DNA of 64,000 nucleotides. Origin: a virus. Lineage: Duplodnaviria; Caudoviricetes. The notes beneath the pieces were generated by a model. It saw nothing but the letters and a program-made list of their open reading frames with translations. It ran no database searches and was not told the DNA's origin. The stretch lies in IMG/VR virus record IMGVR_UViG_3300032214_000867, positions 820 through 64,819 of that record; one strand, given 5' to 3'. Position 1 is the first letter of the stretch; each line of letters starts with the position of its first letter. The translations under genes were made by a program, and so were the position numbers. Positions 47,578 through 56,615 of this stretch are shown in pieces.

Positions 47578-47742
47578 ATGCCACGTTGTCAACTGACTAA
47601 AGAAATTATTAAATGTGAAGTTCTTAAAATGAAAAGGGATTTGGATAATGAATGGATGAATAAATCTGGATATGATCCAAAATGGTTAGCACACCAATAC
47701 CTTAATAAGGTATTGGATAAGATTGAAGAATACTCATATTAA
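47578..47742 (+). CDS. Hypothetical protein
   Basis: MPRCQLTK...AHQYLNKVLDKIEEY. Confidence 0.6.
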   Translation: MPRCQLTKEIIKCEVLKMKRDLDNEWMNKSGYDPKWLAHQYLNKVLDKIEEYSY

Positions 47743-47773
47743 TAAATACTTTAGTTGCATTCGGGAGAAAGGC

Positions 47774-48445
47774 ATGACATTAGATCTTCATAATTTTTTC
47801 AAATATTATGATGATGGTAATGTGAACCATGTGGCAGCAGTTCAGTGGTTGGAAGATAATCTTCCTGCTCAATTTCTTGACGATTCAGAAACAGAATGGA
47901 TTGGAATTTTTAGAACTAAACCACCTACACCAGAAGTTCTAGCAGTTCCATATTTCAATCAAGTAGACAACTACAGAGATGCACATAGAACTTGTAATAG
48001 TTCATCATGTGCTATGTGCCTTGCTTTCCTCAAGCCAGGAAGCATCAAAGGTGATGATGAATATGTTAAAAAAGTATTTGCGATTGGTGATACAACCGAC
48101 CATGCAGTTCAAACTAAAGTTCTTGCTGGATATGGCGTAAAGTCACACTTCAGTTATAATCTTTCTTTTGCTGATATTGATAAGAGTCTTGATGCTGGGA
48201 AACCTGTTGTTATTGGTATCTTGCATCGCGGTTCTTTATCTAACCCTACTGGTGGACATATGTGTGTAGTCATCGGTAAGACTCCAGATGGTAAAGGATA
48301 CTATGTAAACGATCCATATGGTTCTCTGAATGATAACTATACTGGTCCTGTAACTAACGGTAAAAAAACTATTTACACCAAAGCAGTTCTTAAGCACCGT
48401 TGGTGTCCAGGAGGTAATGATGGCTGGGGAAGAATATTCGATTAA
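47774..48445 (+). CDS. C39-like cysteine peptidase with N-terminal accessory domain (putative cell-wall hydrolase)
   Basis: LAVPYFNQ..CNSSSCAM, GGHMCVVIG, VNDPYG. Confidence 0.88.
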   Translation: MTLDLHNFFKYYDDGNVNHVAAVQWLEDNLPAQFLDDSETEWIGIFRTKPPTPEVLAVPYFNQVDNYRDAHRTCNSSSCAMCLAFLKPGSIKGDDEYVKKVFAIGDTTDHAVQTKVLAGYGVKSHFSYNLSFADIDKSLDAGKPVVIGILHRGSLSNPTGGHMCVVIGKTPDGKGYYVNDPYGSLNDNYTGPVTNGKKTIYTKAVLKHRWCPGGNDGWGRIFD

Positions 48446-48543
48446 ATTTAAAGCAAAGATGCTTAAAGTCATCAAAGAACTTACAAATAATGGAAAGCAT
48501 GTTGAAGCAAACGAACTCTATCTAAAATACTTTGGAGGTAAAA

Positions 48544-49239
48544 ATGGCAAGAATTGATCTTCATAACTTTTTTAAATTTTATGATGAAAAAAATCCTAAT
48601 CATGTAAAGGCAGTTCAGTGGTTAGAAGATAATTTACCAGTCAAATATCTTGAAGATAATATTGATTGGGCGGAGATTTATAGGGGAAAAAAGGGTAATG
48701 CTGCAGCAGCATCTACATCAGATTCTGCTTCTGCTCCTGCAGCATCTTCTTCACCTGCACCTGTAGGTGGTGATGATGTTCCACAAATGGGTATTAAATT
48801 AATTAAAGAATTTGAAGGATGCCACTTAAATGCATATCCTGACCCTCTAACTGGTGGACTTCCAATCACAATCGGTTGGGGATCTACTAGAGATAAGAAT
48901 GGACAACCATTCCAAATGGGCGATAGTATCACTCAATCAGAAGCAGATGAATTGCTAATTACCCAGTGTAAGAATCAGTTTCTTCCTGCACTTCGAAAAA
49001 TTCCACATTGGGGAGAAATGTCAGATGGAAAAAGAGGCGCTTTGCTCAGCTTCGCTTATAATCTTGGTGCTGGTTTCTACGGTGGTGATAACTTTAACAC
49101 TATTACTAAACGCTTGAAGAATAAAGAATGGGACTTAGTTCCAGATGCTTTATATCTCTATCGCAATCCTGGATCTAACGTAGAAGCAGGTTTAGCACGT
49201 AGAAGAAAGGCAGAAGGTGAAGCTTGGAAAAAAGGTTAA
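48544..49239 (+). CDS. GH24 lysozyme (endolysin) with the same N-terminal domain
   Basis: LIKEFEGC..AYPD..TIGWGST, ALLSFAYNLG, GLARRRKAE. Confidence 0.93.
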   Translation: MARIDLHNFFKFYDEKNPNHVKAVQWLEDNLPVKYLEDNIDWAEIYRGKKGNAAAASTSDSASAPAASSSPAPVGGDDVPQMGIKLIKEFEGCHLNAYPDPLTGGLPITIGWGSTRDKNGQPFQMGDSITQSEADELLITQCKNQFLPALRKIPHWGEMSDGKRGALLSFAYNLGAGFYGGDNFNTITKRLKNKEWDLVPDALYLYRNPGSNVEAGLARRRKAEGEAWKKG

Positions 49240-49257
49240 CCCTACAAACTCACTAAA

Positions 49258-49683
49258 ATGGACCCTCAAAAGAAAAGAGAAGCTTGTATGAGCCAAATTA
49301 TTCGTATTGCGATTTTGGGTTGGTCTGCCGCACTTCTTACGGCAAGTTATGCTGGGGCTCTTGCTAAAATGGACCCAACGTTTATAGCAACAGTATTTAC
49401 TGCATCTGCCGCAACATTTGGAATTAATACTATGAAGAAAGGTGGAGATGATGATGACGAAAAAAAGTCTGAAGCAAAAAGAGAGGAGTTTGTAGAAACA
49501 CCTCCAACTACTGCTTCCGAAGCAGTAGTTGAACCAGTAGTAGAGGCAGTAGTTGAAGAAACAACTGTTGAAGAACCATTAGTTCAAACTGGTTATAAAG
49601 AAGAAACTTCTCTTGAAGAAAGAGTTGAAGCTTTAGAAGCAAAAGTCGATGAAGAAAAACCCTATTCAAGAGGAGATCTCTAA
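49258..49683 (+). CDS. Holin-like protein, two TM helices and acidic tail
   Basis: ILGWSAALLTASY and DPTFIATVFTASAATFGI directly after the endolysin. Confidence 0.55.
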   Translation: MDPQKKREACMSQIIRIAILGWSAALLTASYAGALAKMDPTFIATVFTASAATFGINTMKKGGDDDDEKKSEAKREEFVETPPTTASEAVVEPVVEAVVEETTVEEPLVQTGYKEETSLEERVEALEAKVDEEKPYSRGDL

Positions 49684-49790
49684 TGGCAAAATCTGCTAAC
49701 AAAGGTAAAAAAGGATCTGCTAATAATAAAAAGCAGAATTCTGGAAATGCAACTGCCAAAAAGGCAAAAAATGGAGGTAAGAAAAAGTAA
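49683..49790 (+). CDS. 35-aa Lys-rich peptide
   Basis: MAKSANKGKKGSANNKKQNSGNATAKKAKNGGKKK; TAATG coupling at both ends; AGGAG SD. Confidence 0.6.
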   Translation: MAKSANKGKKGSANNKKQNSGNATAKKAKNGGKKK

Positions 49791-49963
49791 TGTTACTGGA
49801 AATTTTAATTGCTGGTAATATTATAATCGGACCTAATTTATGTCAAATTGATTTTATTCATAAAGGACAACTTTATACTGTTGAATACAAATGCCAAGAG
49901 AATGGAACACTCCAAAGAGGGAGTGTTGGAACGCTCCAATCCACAATATACTCAAAGCCATAG
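49790..49963 (+). CDS. Small hypothetical protein
   Basis: MLLEILIAGNIIIGPNLCQIDF...; GGAGG SD and TAATG coupling. Confidence 0.5.
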   Translation: MLLEILIAGNIIIGPNLCQIDFIHKGQLYTVEYKCQENGTLQRGSVGTLQSTIYSKP

Positions 49964-50091
49964 ATAATCACACTCGTCTTCATATGGAGACGGGTGATTT
50001 TTGGCATGAAGAACAGGCCCAGATGTTGAGAAAGTATGTCAAGGATTTGAAAGTCTGGATTCACAAACAAGAAGGATGGTGGGATGAATGA
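49891..50091 (+). CDS. Conserved hypothetical protein
   Basis: WNAPIHNILKAIDNH...WHEEQA..LRKYV.DLK.WI. Confidence 0.7.
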   Translation: MPREWNTPKRECWNAPIHNILKAIDNHTRLHMETGDFWHEEQAQMLRKYVKDLKVWIHKQEGWWDE

Positions 50092-50834
50092 AAAAAATCC
50101 TAACAGCAATCGGTTTATCACTAACCTTATCATTTCCAGCAATTGCTGCATCACTTGAACCCAAACAACCAACAGTAAGACCTTACAGTTTAGAGGCAAT
50201 GGGTTGTATGATACTTTTGGAATGTACCGAGGGTATTGAAAAATTATCAGAAGAATCTCAATTCTTAAAAAACCAAGACTTTGATCCATTTAGAGAAGAA
50301 ATTGTAAGGATAGTAACTTCTCTTAATAAACTAGAAGTTCCTGTTTACGTCGCACCAGAGAGATATTTTACTCCAAGAACGGTAGGGTTATATAAACCAA
50401 ACTATAATCGTTTCTTTATTAATGAAACTCTTCTCAAAGATCCAAGAGAATTTTTAGGAACACTTCGTCACGAAGGTTGGCATGTTGTTCAGGATTGTAT
50501 GGGTGGTGGATTGAAAACATCTTTCATGGCACAAGTTCATCAGGATAGTGAAATTCCTGCTTGGATAATGAAGCAAACAAGACTTACTTATGAGTCAATG
50601 ATGCAAAGTCGTGCTGTTCCTTGGGAGGCAGATGCAAACTGGGCAGAAGAACAATCAAATGTAACTGCTGAAAAGTTAGAGATGTGTGCGAAAGGTCCTT
50701 TATGGGATCAAATTCGCCCAACACCAATGACTATGGATTGGTTGATTGGTTGTGGATATATGAAACCACAGGAAGGAAAGTATCCATATTATCCAAATAA
50801 AAAAGTAGAGTATTGTACGGAAGGTAAGTATTGA
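50088..50834 (+). CDS. Secreted zincin-like metallopeptidase
   Basis: Signal peptide (PAIA), LRHEGWHVVQDC (HExxH), WEADA. Confidence 0.75.
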   Translation: MKKILTAIGLSLTLSFPAIAASLEPKQPTVRPYSLEAMGCMILLECTEGIEKLSEESQFLKNQDFDPFREEIVRIVTSLNKLEVPVYVAPERYFTPRTVGLYKPNYNRFFINETLLKDPREFLGTLRHEGWHVVQDCMGGGLKTSFMAQVHQDSEIPAWIMKQTRLTYESMMQSRAVPWEADANWAEEQSNVTAEKLEMCAKGPLWDQIRPTPMTMDWLIGCGYMKPQEGKYPYYPNKKVEYCTEGKY

Positions 50835-50986
50835 TGGATCAGTTTCCCTGGGGAGTTGTAATATTATTGTCTTGCGGTCTTGCCTTCACCGCATATATCA
50901 TTTACTACATATTAAAGTTAGCAAACGAGGAGATGAAAGATGAAACATTTAAGTCTGATTCTATCAATCACAAGTCTGAGCATTAG
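50834..50986 (+). CDS. Small single-TM protein
   Basis: MDQFPWGVVILLSCGLAFTAYIIYYILKLA...; TGATG coupling. Confidence 0.55.
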   Translation: MDQFPWGVVILLSCGLAFTAYIIYYILKLANEEMKDETFKSDSINHKSEH

Positions 50987-51152
50987 TGCTGCAATTGGTG
51001 TGGGGGCATACCTGACTTACCAAAAGGCACAGAAAATCTTAGATAATCCAGAAGCATTTGTTGGTACTGTTGTAGAGAAGCAGGTTAACAAAGCATTTGA
51101 GAAACTACCTATCCCTAAACTAAATAATGGGAGTATTAAGTTTCCTTTCTAA
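50940..51152 (+). CDS. Small membrane-anchored protein
   Basis: N-terminal hydrophobic helix; GAGGAG SD. Confidence 0.65.
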   Translation: MKHLSLILSITSLSISAAIGVGAYLTYQKAQKILDNPEAFVGTVVEKQVNKAFEKLPIPKLNNGSIKFPF

Positions 51153-51565
51153 TGTCAAACCAAGATCCATACATATATCGTATTCGCTCAATCCATAAGG
51201 TAGTCGATGGAGACACTATTGACGCTGATATTGATTTGGGGTTCGATATATCTCTTACTAAACGGATTCGCCTTGCTGGTATTGATACCCCAGAAAGTCG
51301 AACATCTGACGCGAACGAAAAGAAATACGGACTTGAATCAAAAGATTGGTTGAAGAAGCGTTGTGAGAATGCAAAAGACATTCTTATCAAGACCGAACTT
51401 CCAGATTCCACAGAGAAATATGGGAGAATTATAGGTCACTTGTTTATCAATGGCGAAGAGACTTCTCTGAATAATCAGATGATTGTTGAAGGATATGCTT
51501 GGAATTATGATGGTGGAACAAAGAAAAAGAACTTTGATGAACTTTTAGCAAAAAGGAAAAAGTGA
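51152..51565 (+). CDS. Thermonuclease (SNase-like)
   Basis: KVVDGDTID, RIRLAGIDTPE, KYGR, GYA. Confidence 0.9.
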   Translation: MSNQDPYIYRIRSIHKVVDGDTIDADIDLGFDISLTKRIRLAGIDTPESRTSDANEKKYGLESKDWLKKRCENAKDILIKTELPDSTEKYGRIIGHLFINGEETSLNNQMIVEGYAWNYDGGTKKKNFDELLAKRKK

Positions 51566-51762
51566 TTTACTTTAATATTGTTAGACTATTCATCATTATC
51601 TGGGCTGCATTGATGATTTCTGCTGTTGAGTCTGTTGCGATTAGAACAGAGGGGCAAGTAGAACTAGAGAGTACAAGTCGTGATGCCTATTCCAAAGTTC
51701 TCATTCTTGCAGTTGGTTCTTTTCTTGGTGATGCTGCTTTTAAGTTAAAGAATAAGAAATGA
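51562..51762 (+). CDS. Small two-TM protein
   Basis: Two hydrophobic segments; GTGA coupling. Confidence 0.55.
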   Translation: MIYFNIVRLFIIIWAALMISAVESVAIRTEGQVELESTSRDAYSKVLILAVGSFLGDAAFKLKNKK

Positions 51763-51992
51763 AACTTTTTATCTTAGATGCATTAATAGTTTTAAGATTA
51801 TTAACCAATGATGGTATAATGCTTGAGAATAGAAGACCTATTCCTAAGAAACAACCACCAGAAGTATTTCGTTTTGTTAGGAGACCCGCACGAAAAGGTA
51901 GCAAAAAATCTTTACAATTTGATGTTTCTTTGTTAAATAGTAAAGATTTGTTTAAGGTGTTACACAATGACCACGGCACCAGCAAAGGATAA
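51759..51992 (+). CDS. Hypothetical basic protein
   Basis: ATGA coupling; hydrophobic N-terminus, R/P-rich middle. Confidence 0.5.
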   Translation: MKLFILDALIVLRLLTNDGIMLENRRPIPKKQPPEVFRFVRRPARKGSKKSLQFDVSLLNSKDLFKVLHNDHGTSKG

Positions 51993-52101
51993 ACGTAAAG
52001 AAGAGAAGGATAATATCTTTCTAGAAATTTTTTATAACGTTTTAGTTCAATTGCCAGCAATGATTGTTGTGTGGATTATTTCTAAATTTACTTCAGATTG
52101 A
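51967..52101 (+). CDS. Small single-TM protein (44 aa)
   Basis: MTTAPAKDKRKEEKDNIFLEIFYNVLVQLPAMIVVWIISKFTSD; converges on the minus-strand operon. Confidence 0.45.
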   Translation: MTTAPAKDKRKEEKDNIFLEIFYNVLVQLPAMIVVWIISKFTSD

Positions 52102-52974
52102 AAACTTAGATGATAATTTTTTAGCAATTTTTTTAGCAGGGGCAAAGAGAGACTTAAATCTTTCTTTGCCTTCTTTTGTGAACTTATCTTTGATTACATC
52201 GTCAATAATAATTTTATTATCAATCTCATAGAGAGCATTGATTTCAACTTGGTCACGGATATATTGTTCTACATTATCAACTTGCTCTACTAAACGAGTT
52301 CCTTCTGCTGAGTATTCAAAAACATCTACATGCCCACCTTCTGCTAGGACATAATGTAGAACTGGTTTAACTTGTTTGATTTTAATTTTAAACTTATTCT
52401 TTGTTGCTTCTTTTATAAGGGGTTCTGCTGCATTCTTCAGAGCATTCAGAACTGTTGTTGATGCTATTGTGGCAGCAGTTGTGACTACTGCGACAGCACC
52501 AGCCGTAGCAACAAGAGAAGGGTCAGGTAAATTAATATCGATTCCATTTATAGTAAAGGTTGGAGTAGTAGGTTTGTCTGCTGGTATCTCTGCTTGTACA
52601 GATTGTACTGGAACTTGTACGCTCTGTATAAGTTGTTGTGGTATCTCTGGTGGTTTAGTATCTGGTAATCCTCTTTCTTTTGGTTTTTCTTCCTGTTTTT
52701 GTTTTTCTCTTTCTGCTTTTACTGCAGCATCAAACTCTGCTTGAGTTGGAACATTAATGACTGGATACGGTATTCTTGTATTTGGCACATCAACAATAGG
52801 AACTTCTAACCCACGAACAACTGGTGCTTCAACATCACGAATTGCTGGTTTCTCTATAGTAGAAATTACAGAGGGACCAGCAATTTTACTGATGTTTGAA
52901 TTTGGAACATTAATCGGATTATTTCCGATTATAGGTCTTAAACTAGAATTATCAATTGGTTTTATTGGTTCCAT
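52093..52974 (-). CDS. Pro-rich protein with internal hydrophobic helix (putative membrane anchor)
   Basis: P/I/V-rich first half, LPDPSLVATAGAVAVVTTAATIASTTVL, basic segment after it. Confidence 0.75.
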   Translation of the reverse strand: MEPIKPIDNSSLRPIIGNNPINVPNSNISKIAGPSVISTIEKPAIRDVEAPVVRGLEVPIVDVPNTRIPYPVINVPTQAEFDAAVKAEREKQKQEEKPKERGLPDTKPPEIPQQLIQSVQVPVQSVQAEIPADKPTTPTFTINGIDINLPDPSLVATAGAVAVVTTAATIASTTVLNALKNAAEPLIKEATKNKFKIKIKQVKPVLHYVLAEGGHVDVFEYSAEGTRLVEQVDNVEQYIRDQVEINALYEIDNKIIIDDVIKDKFTKEGKERFKSLFAPAKKIAKKLSSKFSI

Positions 52975-53536
52975 TTACTACGTCCTCAACTCGTGGATAT
53001 TTCACAACAACATCTGCACAAACTTTGTAGTAAGGACTTTCTGGATGGAACATTACTCCATTCTTATATGCTTCACCACATTTTAATAATCTTACGAGTT
53101 CAAAATCCAATCTTGCCTTATCAGTTTCTACTTGTTGTCTGGCAATTTCAGTTGCTGCTCTTTTTTTACATAATTCCATTAGATTTCCATCTAATGGAAT
53201 ATTAAGACCAGCAGAAATTCCCCAGTTACCATTGCGAGAAGCAAAACTTTCTGGATCATCACTATTATTGCCACTGTGCATTAAAAATGGAGAAACTGAA
53301 AATGTTGCTCCTTGACAACTAACTCCACCACCATAAGTATTTACTGCATATGGACCTTGTAATACCTGAACTGCTTGGTTAGTTACATTACCAGTAGCAG
53401 ATGCTGAAGGTCCTGCAATATTCGTATTACTTGGTGCTGGAGTGCTTTGTGCGAATGCAGTTCCAGTTGAAATTATTGCGTAAAGACAGAGATTGATGTA
53501 GTGGTTGATTGAGTTTCTGTAGTGCGATCTATCCAT
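52952..53536 (-). CDS. Exported protein with TolC-repeat-like beta-hairpin plus helix and four Cys
   Basis: AFA-Q signal cleavage site; GATFSVSPF...NWGISAGLNIPLDG then RAATEIARQQVETDKARLD. Confidence 0.7.
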   Translation of the reverse strand: MDRSHYRNSINHYINLCLYAIISTGTAFAQSTPAPSNTNIAGPSASATGNVTNQAVQVLQGPYAVNTYGGGVSCQGATFSVSPFLMHSGNNSDDPESFASRNGNWGISAGLNIPLDGNLMELCKKRAATEIARQQVETDKARLDFELVRLLKCGEAYKNGVMFHPESPYYKVCADVVVKYPRVEDVVNGTNKTN

Positions 53537-53832
53537 GTTTCTTTAGCCACTCCAGGCCCGAGATAGGTTTCACTGAACTGGAATGGAGCACCTTGAGTCA
53601 TAATACTGTAGTTTGCTCCCTGTTGAGGAGTGCCAGGAATGTTAATATTAGTTCCAGTCACAGTATATGATGTGCCAGTTGTATATTCAACTTGGCGAAT
53701 TGTTTCTATAACTCTTGTAGTTGATTCTGTAGTTGCATTGATTGTGCCTCTGGTAAAGTTAGGCACAACGGATTCTGCTAGGGCAGGGCAAGAAAACCCT
53801 AGCAGGAATAAACCTGCTAGGATATTTTTCAT
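53473..53832 (-). CDS. Exported Thr-rich beta protein
   Basis: Signal peptide (PALA-E), VVPNFTRG, GAPFQFSETYLGPG. Confidence 0.8.
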   Translation of the reverse strand: MKNILAGLFLLGFSCPALAESVVPNFTRGTINATTESTTRVIETIRQVEYTTGTSYTVTGTNINIPGTPQQGANYSIMTQGAPFQFSETYLGPGVAKETWIDRTTETQSTTTSISVFTQ

Positions 53833-54290
53833 TTGAATACGCTTAATTCAATACTACGTTGACCTGTTGCGGTTGTTCCTGCACCACCAGCAGTAACAGT
53901 AGGAACACCAGTTGGGGATAAGGTTCCTGCGAGAGTTCCTTTTTCACCACCAACTTGAGTTACACTATCTCCATAGAGATTTGGTGTTCCAATAACACCA
54001 TTAGTGACTGTTTGGGTTGTTACGGGAGTATCTGCAGCATTAAAACTTTCAGAGAAAGTGAATGCTTGACCTGGAGTATTAATATCATAGGTTCCAGCAC
54101 CACCTACACCACCAAAGGATGTGGATTGGATATTGGTTCCCGACGCTGAATATGAAGCACCGATTCGGGTTGATTGAACTGCAGCACCATCAACTTTCAA
54201 TTGTACAGAGTCAGTGATTCTTGATGTGATTTCAGCAGCATTAACTGGGATTGCGAAGAATAACGAAAAGGCTAATAGAAGTCTTTTCAT
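53829..54290 (-). CDS. Exported G/T/S-rich beta protein
   Basis: Signal peptide (VNA-A), ITDSVQLKVD, GQAFTFSESF, TAGGAGTTATGQ. Confidence 0.8.
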   Translation of the reverse strand: MKRLLLAFSLFFAIPVNAAEITSRITDSVQLKVDGAAVQSTRIGASYSASGTNIQSTSFGGVGGAGTYDINTPGQAFTFSESFNAADTPVTTQTVTNGVIGTPNLYGDSVTQVGGEKGTLAGTLSPTGVPTVTAGGAGTTATGQRSIELSVFK

Positions 54291-54318
54291 TTTCTTATAT
54301 TGTGATAAACACTACAGC

Positions 54319-54325
54319 TATTTAG
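54319..54325 (-). promoter_or_regulatory. T4-type late promoter of the minus-strand operon
   Basis: CTAAATA on the minus strand about 29 nt upstream of ATG 54290. Confidence 0.6.
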
Positions 54326-54346
54326 CAATAAGTTTCTGTATAGGGC

Positions 54347-54409
54347 TTGACACTTCAAGTGCCCTGGTGCTATGATAAATACATCAACAACGTTAAGGAA
54401 TGTAACACT
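54347..54409 (+). promoter_or_regulatory. psbA promoter: sigma70 boxes, overlapping late motif and HLR1-like repeat
   Basis: TTGACA 54347-18 nt-TATGAT; ATAAATA overlapping the -10; GTTAAGGA-AT-GTAACACT. Confidence 0.7.
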
Positions 54410-54424
54410 TTCTAATGTTTTGTA

Positions 54425-54540
54425 ACTCCCATTAACCGAGACCTATGGGGAGTATAAATTACGTCTCTCATACCCACAATGGAGGGTGTTGTGGGGAATA
54501 CCGTAACCATCCAGACCCCCCTGGACTTTTACTTACCCTT
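54425..54540 (+). ncRNA. PhotoRC-II RNA motif (psbA leader)
   Basis: ACTCCC/GGGAGT hairpin with loop GAGAC complementary to downstream GTCTC; CCCACAAT/GTTGTGGG and TCCAG/CTGGA hairpins. Confidence 0.75.
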
Positions 54541-54547
54541 TTAACAA

Positions 54548-55630
54548 ATGACTGCTTCAATCGCTTCACGCCGTTCTGGCGAAAACCTCTGGGAACAATT
54601 TTGCCAGTGGGTAACTTCAACCGATAACCGCCTTTATGTTGGTTGGTTCGGTGTTCTGATGATTCCAACGCTGCTTGCTGCTGCTACTTGTTTCATCATC
54701 GCATTCATCGGTGCTCCCCCTGTGGACATTGATGGTATTCGTGAACCCGTTGCTGGTTCACTCATGTACGGAAACAACATCATCTCTGGTGCTGTTGTTC
54801 CTTCTAGCAATGCTATCGGTCTACACTTCTACCCCATCTGGGAAGCTGCTTCTCTCGATGAGTGGCTATATAATGGTGGACCGTTCCAACTGGTCGTATT
54901 CCACTTTCTGATTGGTATCTATGCCTACATGGGTCGCGAATGGGAACTTTCTTACCGACTTGGTATGCGTCCTTGGATTTGTGTTGCCTACTCTGCACCC
55001 GTTGCTGCTGCTAGTGCAGTGTTCCTGGTCTATCCCTTCGGTCAAGGATCCTTCTCTGATGCGATGCCTCTGGGGATTTCAGGAACTTTCAACTACATGC
55101 TTGTTTTCCAGGCGGAACACAACATTCTTATGCACCCTTTCCATATGCTGGGAGTTGCTGGTGTCTTCGGTGGTTCTCTTTTCTCTGCTATGCACGGATC
55201 TCTTGTCACCTCTAGTCTTGTACGTGAGACGACAGAAAATGAGTCACAGAACTACGGATACAAGTTTGGACAAGAAGAAGAGACCTACAACATTGTAGCT
55301 GCTCATGGTTATTTTGGTCGCCTTATTTTCCAATATGCTTCCTTCAATAACTCCCGTAGTCTTCACTTCTTCCTTGCTGCTTGGCCTGTAGTTGGCATCT
55401 GGTTCACCGCTCTTGGTGTTTCTACGATGGCTTTTAACTTGAATGGTTTCAACTTTAACCAGTCAATTCAAGATAGTCAGGGTCATGTAATTAATACATG
55501 GGCAGACATTCTGAATCGTGGTGGTCTGGGTATGGAAGTTATGCATGAACGTAACGCCCACAATTTTCCGTTGGATCTTGCTGCTGCTGAGTCAACTCCC
55601 GTTGCTCTCACCGCTCCTACCATCGGTTGA
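54548..55630 (+). CDS. psbA: Photosystem II D1 protein (Glu130 high-light type, Synechococcus-like C-terminus)
   Basis: [34 protein letters not shown]; no intron. Confidence 0.99.
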   Translation: MTASIASRRSGENLWEQFCQWVTSTDNRLYVGWFGVLMIPTLLAAATCFIIAFIGAPPVDIDGIREPVAGSLMYGNNIISGAVVPSSNAIGLHFYPIWEAASLDEWLYNGGPFQLVVFHFLIGIYAYMGREWELSYRLGMRPWICVAYSAPVAAASAVFLVYPFGQGSFSDAMPLGISGTFNYMLVFQAEHNILMHPFHMLGVAGVFGGSLFSAMHGSLVTSSLVRETTENESQNYGYKFGQEEETYNIVAAHGYFGRLIFQYASFNNSRSLHFFLAAWPVVGIWFTALGVSTMAFNLNGFNFNQSIQDSQGHVINTWADILNRGGLGMEVMHERNAHNFPLDLAAAESTPVALTAPTIG

Positions 55631-55650
55631 TAAATAAATCATTGTCGTGC

Positions 55651-55675
55651 AAAGGATCCTTCGGGGTCTTTTTTA
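55651..55675 (+). terminator. Intrinsic terminator after psbA
   Basis: GGATCC-TTCG-GGGTCT with T run. Confidence 0.85.
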
Positions 55676-55752
55676 TTATGTCTTCAATTCATAACAAAAT
55701 CTAACACATCAGTAAGAACTCATTATAATTAGTGATGAGTTCTTACTTTTTT

Positions 55753-56412
55753 ATGAAGATCTTTTTAGATACAGCAGATGTTTCAATGATTAGTCCAGCA
55801 TATGAGACTGGACTATTAGATGGAGTCACTACAAATCCATCTTTAATTCTTAAGAGTGGAAGGCAACTTATAGAAGTCATTCAAGAGATTGCAACGGATT
55901 TTAAAAACTTAAAAAGTATTTCTGCAGAGGTTGTTGCTGAAACTTCAGAGGAAATGCTTTCACAGGCACAACAATTTTATTCAATCGCACCAGCAGTTAC
56001 AATTAAAGTTCCTTGTACCGTAGAAGGACTTAAGGCTTGTAAGTTTCTAACTGATAAAGGAATACAAGTTAATGTAACATTAGTGTTTTCTGTAGCACAG
56101 GCAATTCTTGCATCAAAGGCAGGAGCAACATTCATCTCACCATTTGTTGGACGTTGGATGGACAATTCTATTGATGGAATTGAACTCATCAAGAACATTC
56201 GTAAGGCATTTGATCATTCATTTTCACAAACAGAAATTCTTGCAGCATCTCTTCGTGATGTAAGACAGGTAGAACAGTCTGCTCTTGCTGGTGCAGATGT
56301 CGTTACAATCCCTCCTATTGTATTCTGGGGAATGTATAAGAATATTATGACTGATAAGGGTCTAGAACTCTTTCAGAAAGATTGGGAAGAGGTTATTAAA
56401 AATCAAAAATGA
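55753..56412 (+). CDS. talC: Transaldolase TalC
   Basis: IFLDTA, GVTTNPSL, TIKVP, NVTLVFS, ISPFVGR. Confidence 0.97.
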   Translation: MKIFLDTADVSMISPAYETGLLDGVTTNPSLILKSGRQLIEVIQEIATDFKNLKSISAEVVAETSEEMLSQAQQFYSIAPAVTIKVPCTVEGLKACKFLTDKGIQVNVTLVFSVAQAILASKAGATFISPFVGRWMDNSIDGIELIKNIRKAFDHSFSQTEILAASLRDVRQVEQSALAGADVVTIPPIVFWGMYKNIMTDKGLELFQKDWEEVIKNQK

Positions 56413-56615
56413 AATCGGAACATCAGTGCTGGAATTTTGTGATGTCTTCTTTTGCTAGAATTTATGGGGTTCCTGCAATAAAAGGGCACGAAAGATTTCA
56501 TGCATTTGCTTTACAATGGTGTGACGATCATAACTATACTTGTGATATTCATCTTGATGATTTAAATAAGGTTGATAGGTATTTTAGAGAAGAATATGAA
56601 TCTTGGGAGGGTTAA
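56409..56615 (+). CDS. Hypothetical protein
   Basis: 68-aa ORF coupled to talC. Confidence 0.6.
   Translation: MKSEHQCWNFVMSSFARIYGVPAIKGHERFHAFALQWCDDHNYTCDIHLDDLNKVDRYFREEYESWEG

Noticed and set aside
54445-54668. Short ORFs on both strands upstream of psbA
   Set aside because: They coincide with the structured leader and the psbA start; no coding features
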